In this document: piece by piece, positions 29,803 through 39,164 of the stretch | How the letters are laid out: each line of letters begins with the position of its first letter | Numbering within the stretch: position 1 is the stretch's first letter | Origin: Alphaproteobacteria bacterium | GTDB taxonomy: Bacteria > Pseudomonadota > Alphaproteobacteria > JAAXGF01 | Direction: 5' to 3' | NCBI GenBank assembly: GCA_963555825.3 | Contig: CAUVXB020000002.1 | Span: 224,001 to 288,000 of the forward strand | Length of the DNA: 64,000 bases | Position numbers and translations under genes: made by a program | Notes under the pieces: model-generated | What the model was told of the DNA's origin: nothing | What the model saw: only the letters and a program-made list of their open reading frames with translations | The model's database searches: none

Positions 29803-30795
29803 ATGGAGCTGACCTTCAAGGCCATCGACGAGGGCCTGGCTGGGCCTGAGTGGGCCGCGCTGTTCGCCGCCAAATGGCCGGCCTACCGCCGCTGGTACCT
29901 GGGCGACGGCATCGACGCGCGGCCGGGTTACACCGAATGCATCAAGGCGCTGCGCGCCCACATGCCCGAGATCGTGCCGATGTACGAGAGGCTCTGTGAG
30001 CTGGCCGGCGGCGGCGACCTCGAGGCGCGCTTCCTCAGCCTCTACCGGCCGCCCGCCTTCGTGCAGGGCTGCAGCCAGGCGGCGTGGACGCAAGGCGAAC
30101 CGGTGCTGATGCGCAACTACGATTTCAGCCCGGCGCTCGCCGAGGGCACCATCCTCAAGAGCGGCTGGAACGGCGGCCGCGTCATCGCCTCGGTCGACTG
30201 CACCTGGGGCGTGCTCGACGGCATCAACGAGGCAGGCCTCGCGCTCAGCCTGACCTTCGGCGGGCGCAACGTGGTCGGCGACGGCTTCGCGATCTCGATC
30301 GTGCTGCGCTACATCCCCGAATTCTGCGCCACCGCGGCCGAGGCCGCCGAGGTGCTCGCCCGCGTGCCGGTCCACATGGCCTACAACGTGACCGCGCTCG
30401 ACAAGTCGGGCGATTATCTGACGACCTACATCTCGCCCGACCGCGAGGCGATCGTGCGCCGCCTGGCGATCGCCACCAACCACCAGAAGCAGATCGAGTG
30501 GCACCGCCACGCGCGCGCCACCGCGACGCTCGAGCGCGAGCGCTTCCTGTTCTTCCGCCTGACCGACCCGCGCATGACCGAACGCAAGCTGGCCAATGCG
30601 TTCCTAAAATCGCCGCTCTATTCGACGTCGTACGAGACCGGTTTCGGCACGCTGTATACGGCGCTCTACTGGCCGGCCGCCGGCCGCGCCGAATACCGCT
30701 GGCCCGGCGCGACCTGGAAACAGTCGTTCGACCGCTTCGAGCCCGGCGAACGCCGCCAGGACTACGGCACGGCCACGCAGCGCTCGGCGGGTTGA
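29803..30795 (+). CDS. Peptidase C45-family autoproteolytic Ntn acyltransferase/hydrolase
   Basis: G|CSQ predicted autocleavage/nucleophile site, RNYD, GVLDGINEAGL, ATNHQ, FGTLYT. Confidence 0.87.
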   Translation: MELTFKAIDEGLAGPEWAALFAAKWPAYRRWYLGDGIDARPGYTECIKALRAHMPEIVPMYERLCELAGGGDLEARFLSLYRPPAFVQGCSQAAWTQGEPVLMRNYDFSPALAEGTILKSGWNGGRVIASVDCTWGVLDGINEAGLALSLTFGGRNVVGDGFAISIVLRYIPEFCATAAEAAEVLARVPVHMAYNVTALDKSGDYLTTYISPDREAIVRRLAIATNHQKQIEWHRHARATATLERERFLFFRLTDPRMTERKLANAFLKSPLYSTSYETGFGTLYTALYWPAAGRAEYRWPGATWKQSFDRFEPGERRQDYGTATQRSAG

Positions 30796-30799
30796 CGCG

Positions 30800-32626
30800 T
30801 CAGGCGCGGCGCAGCAGGTACATGCGCAGGTCGCCGTAGCCCTTGGCCGCAGGTACGGTGCCGACGTAGTCGCAGTCGAACTCGTGGCGCGGGTCGAGCG
30901 CCAGGCCGGCGGCGAAATGCTCGGTGACGTAGACGCAGCCCTCGGGCGTGATCGGCTCGATGCGCGCCGCCCGGCTGACGTGGGCGCCGAAGAAGTTGGT
31001 CGCGCCGACGATCGGGTCGATGGCCTCGTAGACCGGCCCGAAATGGCCGCCGAGGCGCAACGCGATAAACGCCGGCAGGCCCAAGTCGGCCAGCGACAGT
31101 ACGGCCATCGCCGCCTGCAGGTCGAGCGCGCAGCGCGCGGCGGCGGCGATGTCGTCGAACACCAGGTAGACGCCGTCGCCCCAGGTGTTGCGGAAGAGGA
31201 GCGGGCCGGCGAACCGTTCGAGCACCCGAGCCATGGCGCCCAGCACCGCGCGCACGAAGACCGGCAGCTGGCGGTCGTCGAGCTTGCTGAAACCCTTGAC
31301 GTCGCCGAACAGCATGGCCCGGTTGACCCGTCTGGTGACCGGCTCGGCCGGCTCGGCCGGCGCGGCCGGCTCGGGCGCCGCCGGCGCTGCCGCGCCGGCC
31401 GGGCACGGGATCACGGTCTGCGGATGGCCGATGTCGCGCCACAGCGCGGCGTCGACTGCGGTGCCGACCGTCCCCTTGGCCGGGCCGCCATCCCACAGCG
31501 CGACCTGGGCGACCGGGGCGTCGAGGTAGTGGCCGCGCAGCAGCGCGAGGCCCATGGCGAGGCGGCTGGCGTAGGCGAACAGCTCGTCGTCGCCGAGGTA
31601 ATGGTCCTCGGTCGCATAGGTGACCGTCGCGGCCTTAGCCAGGCAGTCGCGCGCGCGGCCCTCCCAACCGGGCCCGCCGCGCCGCACCGAGGTGTCGAGG
31701 AACTCGTCCAAGGTAAACGGCAGCACCAGGTTGAGCTCGGCGCCGCGCGCCAAGAGCGCCTCGGCGAACAGGATGTCGGCGCCGCAGGCGATCGAGCCGT
31801 AGCCGAAGCGGGCGTCGACCTCATTCAGCTGCGCCGCGATCGCGGCCGCCGCCTCGTCCTCGCCCTCGGCCGGGAAGCGCCCGGGTTCGCCCGGCGCGGC
31901 GATCATATGGCCGGTGAAATGGACTACCCGCCCGGCGGCGAGCTCGTCGAGCAGCGCGTCGTCGAGGTTGAGCGCGCGGCAGATGTGGCGCAGCTGCTTG
32001 CGCGTCGTCGCGCGCGCGCCGAGATCGTCTCCATGCGCCGCCACCGCCGCGGCCAACGCCACCCTCGCGGCCTCGGTCTCGCCCAGGATCAAGCGCGCCT
32101 CGGCGACGGTCGCCGCTCGGTAGTAGGCCTCGACGCCCGCCGCCCCGGGCAGCGCCTCGATCTCGGCGATCAAACGTGCCGCGATGTCCCCGGCAACGTC
32201 GCGCTCGCCCGCGATGAGCCGCATGGTCGCCGTGTTGATGCCGGGAAAGTATGTCTTGGTGCGCTCATAGACTCGGCCATAGGCCTCGGCCGCGTCGTGC
32301 GCACGCCGCGCCCGTTCATCGCCCTCGGCCAGCCAGACCAGATCCTTGCCGAGCCGAGCGCCGAGCGCCGCGATGTCCTCGTCGTCGTCTTGGTCAAGCC
32401 CGTATTCGGCATAACGCGTCAACGCCGTCTCGGTCGCCCCCGAGCGCGCCAGCGCCATCACCGCGCGGTGCGCGAGCCATTTGTCGCCGGGATGCGCGTC
32501 CAGCCCGCGCAACGCCGCGTCGTAGGCGCGCAGCATCATGCCCCGCGTCTCGAAACTGCGCACCAGCGCGCGCCAGTCGTCGAGGCTGGCAGGGGGTTGG
32601 TCGGTGGCGGGCGGCGTGTCGGTCAT
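30800..32626 (-). CDS. TPR/TRAF-binding-like domain + SLOG-like domain + class III nucleotide cyclase
   Basis: 608 aa from ATG 32626. N-terminal helical domain (ALARSG, ARLGKD, YFPGINTAT). Middle FTGHM..GRFP..GSIACGADILFAE..LVLPF..ALWDG (SLOG-like). C-terminal LFGDVKGFS/NTWGDG/GHFGPV/VSRAARIE. Confidence 0.85.
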   Translation of the reverse strand: MTDTPPATDQPPASLDDWRALVRSFETRGMMLRAYDAALRGLDAHPGDKWLAHRAVMALARSGATETALTRYAEYGLDQDDDEDIAALGARLGKDLVWLAEGDERARRAHDAAEAYGRVYERTKTYFPGINTATMRLIAGERDVAGDIAARLIAEIEALPGAAGVEAYYRAATVAEARLILGETEAARVALAAAVAAHGDDLGARATTRKQLRHICRALNLDDALLDELAAGRVVHFTGHMIAAPGEPGRFPAEGEDEAAAAIAAQLNEVDARFGYGSIACGADILFAEALLARGAELNLVLPFTLDEFLDTSVRRGGPGWEGRARDCLAKAATVTYATEDHYLGDDELFAYASRLAMGLALLRGHYLDAPVAQVALWDGGPAKGTVGTAVDAALWRDIGHPQTVIPCPAGAAAPAAPEPAAPAEPAEPVTRRVNRAMLFGDVKGFSKLDDRQLPVFVRAVLGAMARVLERFAGPLLFRNTWGDGVYLVFDDIAAAARCALDLQAAMAVLSLADLGLPAFIALRLGGHFGPVYEAIDPIVGATNFFGAHVSRAARIEPITPEGCVYVTEHFAAGLALDPRHEFDCDYVGTVPAAKGYGDLRMYLLRRA

Positions 32627-34778
32627 CGGCGCAGCTTTTCGCAATCGACGCCGGCCCTCGGCCGGGCGTCGGACGGCGGGTCGGGGTCGAGGAGGAATTG
32701 CTCGCGCTGTTCCTTGGTGAGTTGCCGAGGGACGATGCAGCGCGCATAGTCGATCAGGGCTTGCGTGGTCGGAAAGTATGGCCAAAGTCGGGCCGTCTTG
32801 TCCTCGGACGCAGTTACGATGCGGCTGCCATCGGGGCTGAAGGCGGCATAGATCACGCTATCAGTGTGGCCGTGTAGAAAAGCGATTTCTTCGCCATTTG
32901 CTGAATCCCAAACGCGTGCGGTATTGTCCGCGGATGCCGTAACAATACGGTTGCCGTCTGGGCTGAAGTCAGCGTGCCCGACATCAAGCGTATGACCGCG
33001 TAGCACCCCAATCTCGGCGCCGCTGGCCACATCCCAAAGATTTACCTCGCCATGCCCCGAGGCAGTAACCACCAAATTTCCATTGGGACTGAAGGCTGCG
33101 TAGTTGACAAAGGCCTCGGATCCACGCAGGACGGCCATCTCCCCGCCGTTTTCCGTGTCCCAGATGCGCGCCGTGTTGTCCATGGCTGCAGTGACGACTC
33201 GGCGGCTATCGGGACTGAAGGCGACATGATTGATTCGTGTCTCATGGCCTCGGAGGATGGTCAGCTCATCGCCGCTCTCTGGGTCCCACAGCCGTGCGGT
33301 ACGGTCAAATGATGCGGTGGCGACGCGGCGGCCGTTGGGACTGAAGATAGCGTGGTAGATCGGACCCGTGTGGCCGCTTAGGACGGTAAGTTCGACGCCG
33401 CTCAACGCATCCCACAGGCGCGCCGTGCCATCCATTGACGCCGTAACGACGCGGTCTCCATGAGGGCCGAATTCGGCGTAGGTAAGCTTTGCCTGGTGGC
33501 CGACAAGGACGGCAATTTCGGTGCCGCTCGCTGCATCCCACAGCCGGGCCGTACCATCATTTGACGCGGTAACGATGCGGTCGCCGTCAGGGCTGAAAGC
33601 ACCATGGACGACGGTGTCATCATGACCTCGGAGGTTCCCAATTTCGGCGCCGTCGGCCACATCCCAAAGGCGCGTCGGCCCATCGACAGACGTGGTCAAA
33701 ACCCGCCTTCCGTCGGGGCTGAATGCGGCGGAAGAAACTTTGCTCGAATGACCCTGTAAGACAGTGACGCGAGCACCGCTCGTTCCATCCCACAGGCGGG
33801 CTGTCCCGTCGGCCGACCCGGTGACAATTCGATTTCCGCCGGGGTGGTACGCGGCGTATCCGACCGAATACTCATGACCACGAAAAACGGCGATTTCGGA
33901 ACCACTAGTCACATCCCACAGTCGCGCGGTGGCATCTCCCGAAGCAGTAATGACGAGTGACCCGTCAGGACTGAAGGTTGCGAAAAAGAGGTCCTGTTCA
34001 TGGCCACGGAGGACGAAAATTTCCGAGCCACTCTCCGCGTCCCACAGCCGCGCCGTGCTATCCAACGAAGCGGTGACAACCAGGCTTCCGTCATAGTTGA
34101 AGTCGGTGTGCCAAACCGGGCCCACGTGCCCGGCGAGGACGGCAAGCTCGGCACCGCTGGTGACGTCCCACAAGCGTGCTGTCCCGTCGAATGACGCAGT
34201 GACAACGCGGTTTCCTCTGGGGTCGAACGCCGCATACACAACTGCGCTCTCATGGCCGCGTAGGACAGCGATCTCGACTCCCCCCGCCGCATCCCAGAGC
34301 CGCGCCGTATCATCGTAGGACGCGGTCACGATGCGGCTGCCGTCGGGACTGAAGGCGGCGTGCGCGACTTTGTCCTCGTGACCGCGCAGCACGGCGATCT
34401 CGACCCCGTCCTTCGCATCCCAAATTCGGGACGTTGAATCCATCGACGCAGTGAGGACTCGGCGTCCATTGGGACTGAACTCAGCGTGGTTGACCGGTGC
34501 CTCGTGGCCGCTCAGAACAGTGATCTCCGTACCGCTTGCTGAGTCCCATATACGTGCCGTCCGGTCCCATGAACTGGTTATGACATAGTCGCCATCGGAG
34601 CTGAAAGCAGCGTCCAGAACGTCACCCTTATGACCGCGAAGGACAGCGATCTCGGCGCCAGTTGTCGCATCCCATAGACGTGCCGTTCCACCCCACGACC
34701 CGGTGACGATAGTGAGTCGGACCCGATTTCCTTGGACACAGAATTGGCTTAATCGAAGTGTCCAAGGAGGACCGGAAC

Positions 34779-35189
34779 ATGACCGACAATTTTGAGAACA
34801 AAGTTGCTGTTGATGGGCCTGTGGTAAACGAGGGCGAGCTTGGCTCGTCCACGTTTTCCCCGGGCCAGGTTTCGCCGGCAGGCCCGCTGGGACTTGGCCA
34901 GCGGTGGACGGTGACGCGCAAGCGTGAGGTTGCCCTGCGGCTTTTGCGTGGCGAGCCGGTGGAACTTTTGTCGCGGCAGTTGGGCGTGGAGATTTTCCGG
35001 CTCGAGCAGTGGCGTGAGAAGGCGATCGCCGGGATCGATGCCTCGCTCAAGGAACGCAAGGGCGATCCGGTGAAGGCGGAACTGGACATCGCCATGAAGC
35101 GGATCGGGGAGTTGATCATGCAGGTGGAACTGCTGGAGGCCAAGACGGAGACGTCCGGCCCTTTGGGGCGGCGGAGGTCGCGGCGATGA
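34779..35189 (+). CDS. IS3-type transposase OrfA (HTH)
   Basis: RWTVTRKREVALRLLRGEPVELLSRQLGVEIFRLEQW. ATGA overlap with OrfB. Confidence 0.85.
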   Translation: MTDNFENKVAVDGPVVNEGELGSSTFSPGQVSPAGPLGLGQRWTVTRKREVALRLLRGEPVELLSRQLGVEIFRLEQWREKAIAGIDASLKERKGDPVKAELDIAMKRIGELIMQVELLEAKTETSGPLGRRRSRR

Positions 35190-36097
35190 GTGCCGCCACC
35201 TCTCCCGGCACGGGTTTGGCCTACGGCCTCCAGCGGGTCTGTGCGGCCTGGGGTTTTGCCCGTTCCTCGTTCTACGCCATGAAATCCCGGCAGCAGGCCA
35301 CCGCTGAGCGCCCACCAGCAAAGCGCCGGGGACCGAAGCCCTCGATCTCGGACGAGGCTCTGCTGGTGGCCATCGAGGCCGACCTGGAGGCATCCCCCTG
35401 GGAGGGCGAGGGACACCGCAAGGTCTGGGCTCGGCTTCGGGTCTGTCGTGGCATCCGTGTTTCCCGCAAGCGGGGGCTCCGGGTGATGCGCGAGAACAAC
35501 CTGCTCTCGCCCCATCGCTGCCGCCGCCGTGGCGGAAATCCCCATGTCGGTGAGATCATCACCCATGCCCCCAACCTCATGTGGGGCACGGACGGCGTTC
35601 GGGTGTTCACGGTGGACGACGGCTGGGGCTGGATATTCACCGCCATCGAGCATTGGAACGCCGAGTGCGTCGGCTGGCATGTGTGCAAGCGAGGCGACCG
35701 CTTCGCCGCCCTTCAGCCGATCTCCATGGGGCTTGCGAGGCTGTATGCCTCGACCTCCGCCGGTGCGGCGCGGGGGCTGGCCTTGCGGATGGATCACGGC
35801 TCCCAGTATCTGTCGGACCACTTCACCAACCAGATCAAGTTCTGGGGCATCCAGCCGTCCTACGCCTTCGTCGAACAGCCCCAGACCAACGGCGTCGCCG
35901 AGAGGTTCAATCGCACGCTCAAGGAACAGATCATCCATGGCCGCATCTACCGCAACATCGCGGAGCTGCGGAACGCCGTCCGCGGGTTCGTCGAACAGTA
36001 CAATGCCCAGTGGATCGTGGAGAAGAACGGCTACCTGAGCCCCGCTCAAGCTCGTCAGGCGTGGCACACCGCGATGTCACTCAGGCCCGCCGCATGA
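35186..36097 (+). CDS. IS3-type transposase OrfB (rve DDE integrase core)
   Basis: PNLMWGTD, RMDHGSQY, PQTNGVAERFNRTLKE. Confidence 0.93.
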   Translation: MSAATSPGTGLAYGLQRVCAAWGFARSSFYAMKSRQQATAERPPAKRRGPKPSISDEALLVAIEADLEASPWEGEGHRKVWARLRVCRGIRVSRKRGLRVMRENNLLSPHRCRRRGGNPHVGEIITHAPNLMWGTDGVRVFTVDDGWGWIFTAIEHWNAECVGWHVCKRGDRFAALQPISMGLARLYASTSAGAARGLALRMDHGSQYLSDHFTNQIKFWGIQPSYAFVEQPQTNGVAERFNRTLKEQIIHGRIYRNIAELRNAVRGFVEQYNAQWIVEKNGYLSPAQARQAWHTAMSLRPAA

Positions 36098-37421
36098 GAC
36101 AAACTTGTGTCCAAGGAACCGGGTGCGATACACCCGGTGACGATAGTGCGCCCGTCGGGACTAAACGCGACGCGCTCGACAGGCCCTTGGTGTCCTCGCA
36201 ATATCGTCAACTCCCGATGCGAATACATGGCTCGGTAAAGAGCATTCTCGGCCCGAATAGCAAATGGACGGTCCGGATTTGTCATATCGTCTGGCAAAGC
36301 CTCCAAAGCAAGCAACAAGCCGTTGGTCGCGTTCCCCATCTCTGTCTGTCGGACCGAAAGTTCGGCCAGGCGCAAGCTCTCGGCGCGTGCCTTTTGCCAC
36401 GCCTCGTCCCGCGCCTGGCGCTCGCCGTGGAACCAGATGCCGCCGACGACGAGAAGCGCGGCGACGCTCGCGGCCGCCACCTGGACGCGGCGCCAGGCGC
36501 TGCGGCGCTTATCGCGCTGCTTGAGTTCGTCGAAGTCGACGCCGAGCAAGCCGGCGAGCAGCTTGAGGCGGGCGTCGGGCTTGGCGTCCTTGCCCGGGCG
36601 GGCGTCGGCGGCGATCGGTTCGGTGCGTTGGTCGGTGTAGGCGCCGTCTTCGTCGATTTGGAAGCGCAGCGCCGGGCAGAAGCACTCCTCGGCCTCGCGC
36701 CCATCCTTGTCCGAGGCGTTCGGCTCGCCGCCGACGATCAGGCACAGGATGCGGTTCTCGCGTCCCAACCGCTTGAACTGGAGGACCTCCTCGTTGACCC
36801 AGATCGATTTGGCCGCCGATGGCGAGCAGATGACGATCAGATAGCGCGACTGTTCCAGGGCATCGCGGATCGTTGCGCCGAGATCGGCCGAGGTCGGCAA
36901 TTCCTCGCGATCGCGAAAGATCGGGTAGGGGCGCTTCGGGACGACGCCGTCACGCGATGTCCGGCCGACCAAACGCTTGGGCGTCCGGTAGCGCTCAATC
37001 GCTTGGTGCAGCCACTTGCCCCAGCCGTCGTCGTCGTGGCTGTAGCTTATGAACGCCCAATATTTCGGATCACCGGTCATTGCTGATTGCCATTAGAGCA
37101 TAATCCGACCGATCGGAATCGGTCGGAATATGCCAGCCCGCGACCGCGGGCCGATCGGCGAAAGCATGCGCGGCGATTGAGCGCAGGTCACTTTTACGCA
37201 GTTAAGGTGACCGTTTCATGCTTGAAACCACAGCCGAGAGCACCGAATAAGTTGCGCGGCGGCGGGGTGAAGATTCTTCTGGCGCGGCGCGAAAAATCTG
37301 CTATAGAGCGGGCGCCCGGACGTCGGCCCGAAAGCGGCCCGCGCCGGGCTTGTTATCAACGGCCCAAAATCAGCCGCGGGCGAGCGGATCGCCACGCGGG
37401 ACGGGCCTAAGGACACGGCGA

Positions 37422-38045
37422 ATGAACATGTTGAATAAATCGATTTCGCGGTCGATACCGGCCGCCCTGTTGGCCCTTGCGCTGGTCTTCGGCGGCCCCG
37501 CCGCGGCGAGCCCCGAGGGCGCGGCCAAGTTCGTCCAGCGGGTCGCCGATGATGTCATCGGCCTGGTCTCCGACACCTCGGTTGCGGCGGCGCGGCGCGA
37601 GCGAATGCTGGCCGATGAGTTCCAGGCCAGCTTCGACCTGGCGACCATCAGCCGCTACACCCTCGGCCGCTACTGGGACACCGCGACCGTTGCCGAGCGC
37701 GCCGAGTATCGGGCGCTGTTCGTCGATTATCTGGTGCGCAAATACGTCGGCCTGACGCGATTCGCCTATGGCGGCGAGCGGCTCGTGGTGACCGCGACGC
37801 AGGCCGCCGATGCGACGAACACCATGGTGACGAGCCGCATCGAGCGGTCCGAGGGCGACCCCGTCACGGTAGTCTGGCAGGTGCGCGACGCCGACGGAAC
37901 CTATCTCGCCATCGACGCGGTCGTCGAGGGCGTCAGCCTGGTGCGCGCGCTGCGCGAGGAGTTCACCTCGGTGGTGCGCAACAACGGCGGCGAGGTCGGC
38001 ACGCTGATCGCGATGATGCGCGACGTGCTCGACGAAACCGGCTGA
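37422..38045 (+). CDS. MlaC/Ttg2D-family periplasmic lipid-binding protein
   Basis: Signal peptide, FDLATISRYTLGRYW, IDAVVEGVSLVRALREEF. Confidence 0.88.
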   Translation: MNMLNKSISRSIPAALLALALVFGGPAAASPEGAAKFVQRVADDVIGLVSDTSVAAARRERMLADEFQASFDLATISRYTLGRYWDTATVAERAEYRALFVDYLVRKYVGLTRFAYGGERLVVTATQAADATNTMVTSRIERSEGDPVTVVWQVRDADGTYLAIDAVVEGVSLVRALREEFTSVVRNNGGEVGTLIAMMRDVLDETG

Positions 38046-38074
38046 CGCCGCCAAACGGGTCCGGAGACAACGCC

Positions 38075-39046
38075 ATGGCCAAGCCCAAGGTCGTCGTCAC
38101 GCGCCGCTGGCCGATGCCGGTCGAGGCGCGCCTCGCCGAGCTGTTCAACACGACGCTCAACGCCGACGATCACCGCATGGGCACGGCCGAGCTGCAGGAC
38201 GCGATGCGCGCGGCGGATGCGCTGCTGCCCACCGTGACCGACCGAATCTCGGCCGAGGTGCTCGGCGCCAGCCCGCGCAAGGCGCGCATCATCGGCAGCT
38301 TCGGCGTCGGCTTCAACCACATCGACCTCGACGCCGCCAAGGCCGCCGGGCTGACCATCACCAACACGCCCGAGGTGCTGACCGATTGCACCGCCGACAT
38401 CGCCATGACGCTGCTGCTGATGATCGCCCGGCGTGCCGGCGAGGGCGAGCGGCTGGTGCGCGCCAAGGCGTGGCATGGCTGGGGCCCGACCCACATGATG
38501 GGCGCCAAGGTGGCCGGCAAGACGCTCGGCCTGATCGGGCTCGGGCGGATCGGCCGGGCGCTCGCCAAGCGGGCGCATTTCGGCTTCGACATGTCGATCC
38601 TGTTCTACGACCCCTTCCCGCCCCCTCAGGCCGAGATCGACGCCCTCGGCGCCGAACGATGCGACACCATCGAGGAGCTGCTGGCGCGCGCCGATTTCGT
38701 CTCGCTGCACTGTCCGGCGAGCGAGGAGACGCACCATTTGATGAACGCCGAGCGGCTCGCTCAGATGAAGCCCGGCGCCTATCTGGTGAATTCATCGCGC
38801 GGCGATGTGGTCGATGAGGCGGCGCTTGCCGAGGCACTCGCCGGCGGCGTCATCGCCGGCGCGGCGCTCGACGTCTTCGAGGCCGAGCCAAAGGTCACCG
38901 AGGCGCTGCTTTCGATGGACAACGTGGTGATGTTCCCGCATCTCGGCAGCGCCTCGCTCGAGACGCGCGTCGCCATGGGCATGCGCGTCATCGACAACGT
39001 CTCGGCGTTCTTCGCCGGCGAAACGCCGCCCGACAAGGTGGTCTAG
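38075..39046 (+). CDS. D-2-hydroxyacid dehydrogenase (glyoxylate/D-glycerate reductase-like)
   Basis: GVGFNHID, GLGRIG, NSSRG, LDVFEAEP, PHLGSA. Confidence 0.93.
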   Translation: MAKPKVVVTRRWPMPVEARLAELFNTTLNADDHRMGTAELQDAMRAADALLPTVTDRISAEVLGASPRKARIIGSFGVGFNHIDLDAAKAAGLTITNTPEVLTDCTADIAMTLLLMIARRAGEGERLVRAKAWHGWGPTHMMGAKVAGKTLGLIGLGRIGRALAKRAHFGFDMSILFYDPFPPPQAEIDALGAERCDTIEELLARADFVSLHCPASEETHHLMNAERLAQMKPGAYLVNSSRGDVVDEAALAEALAGGVIAGAALDVFEAEPKVTEALLSMDNVVMFPHLGSASLETRVAMGMRVIDNVSAFFAGETPPDKVV

Positions 39047-39056
39047 TTCAATTTCC

Positions 39057-39083
39057 GGTCATCTTTGCTACGCAAAGATGACC
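39057..39083. terminator. Perfect 12-bp hairpin between convergent genes
   Basis: GGTCATCTTTGC-TAC-GCAAAGATGACC. No U-tract. Confidence 0.45.
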
Positions 39084-39164
39084 TGCGCTCAATCGCCGCG
39101 CTGGCTCTCGCCGAACGGTCGGCGGCGCGCCCTCTTGTCCCATTAAGACTGGCGCGCGCTGGGT

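Larger units (their letters stand above)
34713..36132 (+). mobile_element. IS3-type insertion sequence (1420 bp)
   Basis: TG...CA ends. Inverted repeats TGAGTCGGACCCGATTTCCTTGGACAC vs TGTATCGCACCCGGTTCCTTGGACAC. Flanking direct repeat CCCGGTGACGATAG (34699-34712, 36133-36146). Confidence 0.93.
32623..37080 (-). pseudogene. TIR - hydrophobic helix - 16x WD40 protein interrupted by an IS
   Basis: 5' part 37080-36133 (AFISYSH, IFRDREEL, LIVICSP..SIWVNEE) joins 34698-32623 in frame (RTIVTG|SWGGTARLWD) once the IS and one target copy are removed: 948+2076 nt = 1007 aa, with 16 GH...WD-type repeats counted. Confidence 0.92.

Noticed and set aside
29071-30510. ORFs spanning elements C and D, including 29241-29615 and 29330-29596
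   Set aside because: Shadow frames over GC-rich palindromic repeats and antisense to real genes; no transposase motifs.
32623-34698. WD40 repeats as a DGR template/variable pair or a DNA repeat array
   Set aside because: The repeats are highly diverged at the DNA level, there is no adenine-specific pair, and no reverse transcriptase is present.
37094-37410. Hairpins between the TIR gene and the mlaC-like gene as a riboswitch or ncRNA
   Set aside because: One clear hairpin (GCATAATCCGACCGAT/ATCGGTCGGAATATGC) but no recognisable aptamer motif; GC-rich stems are expected by chance.
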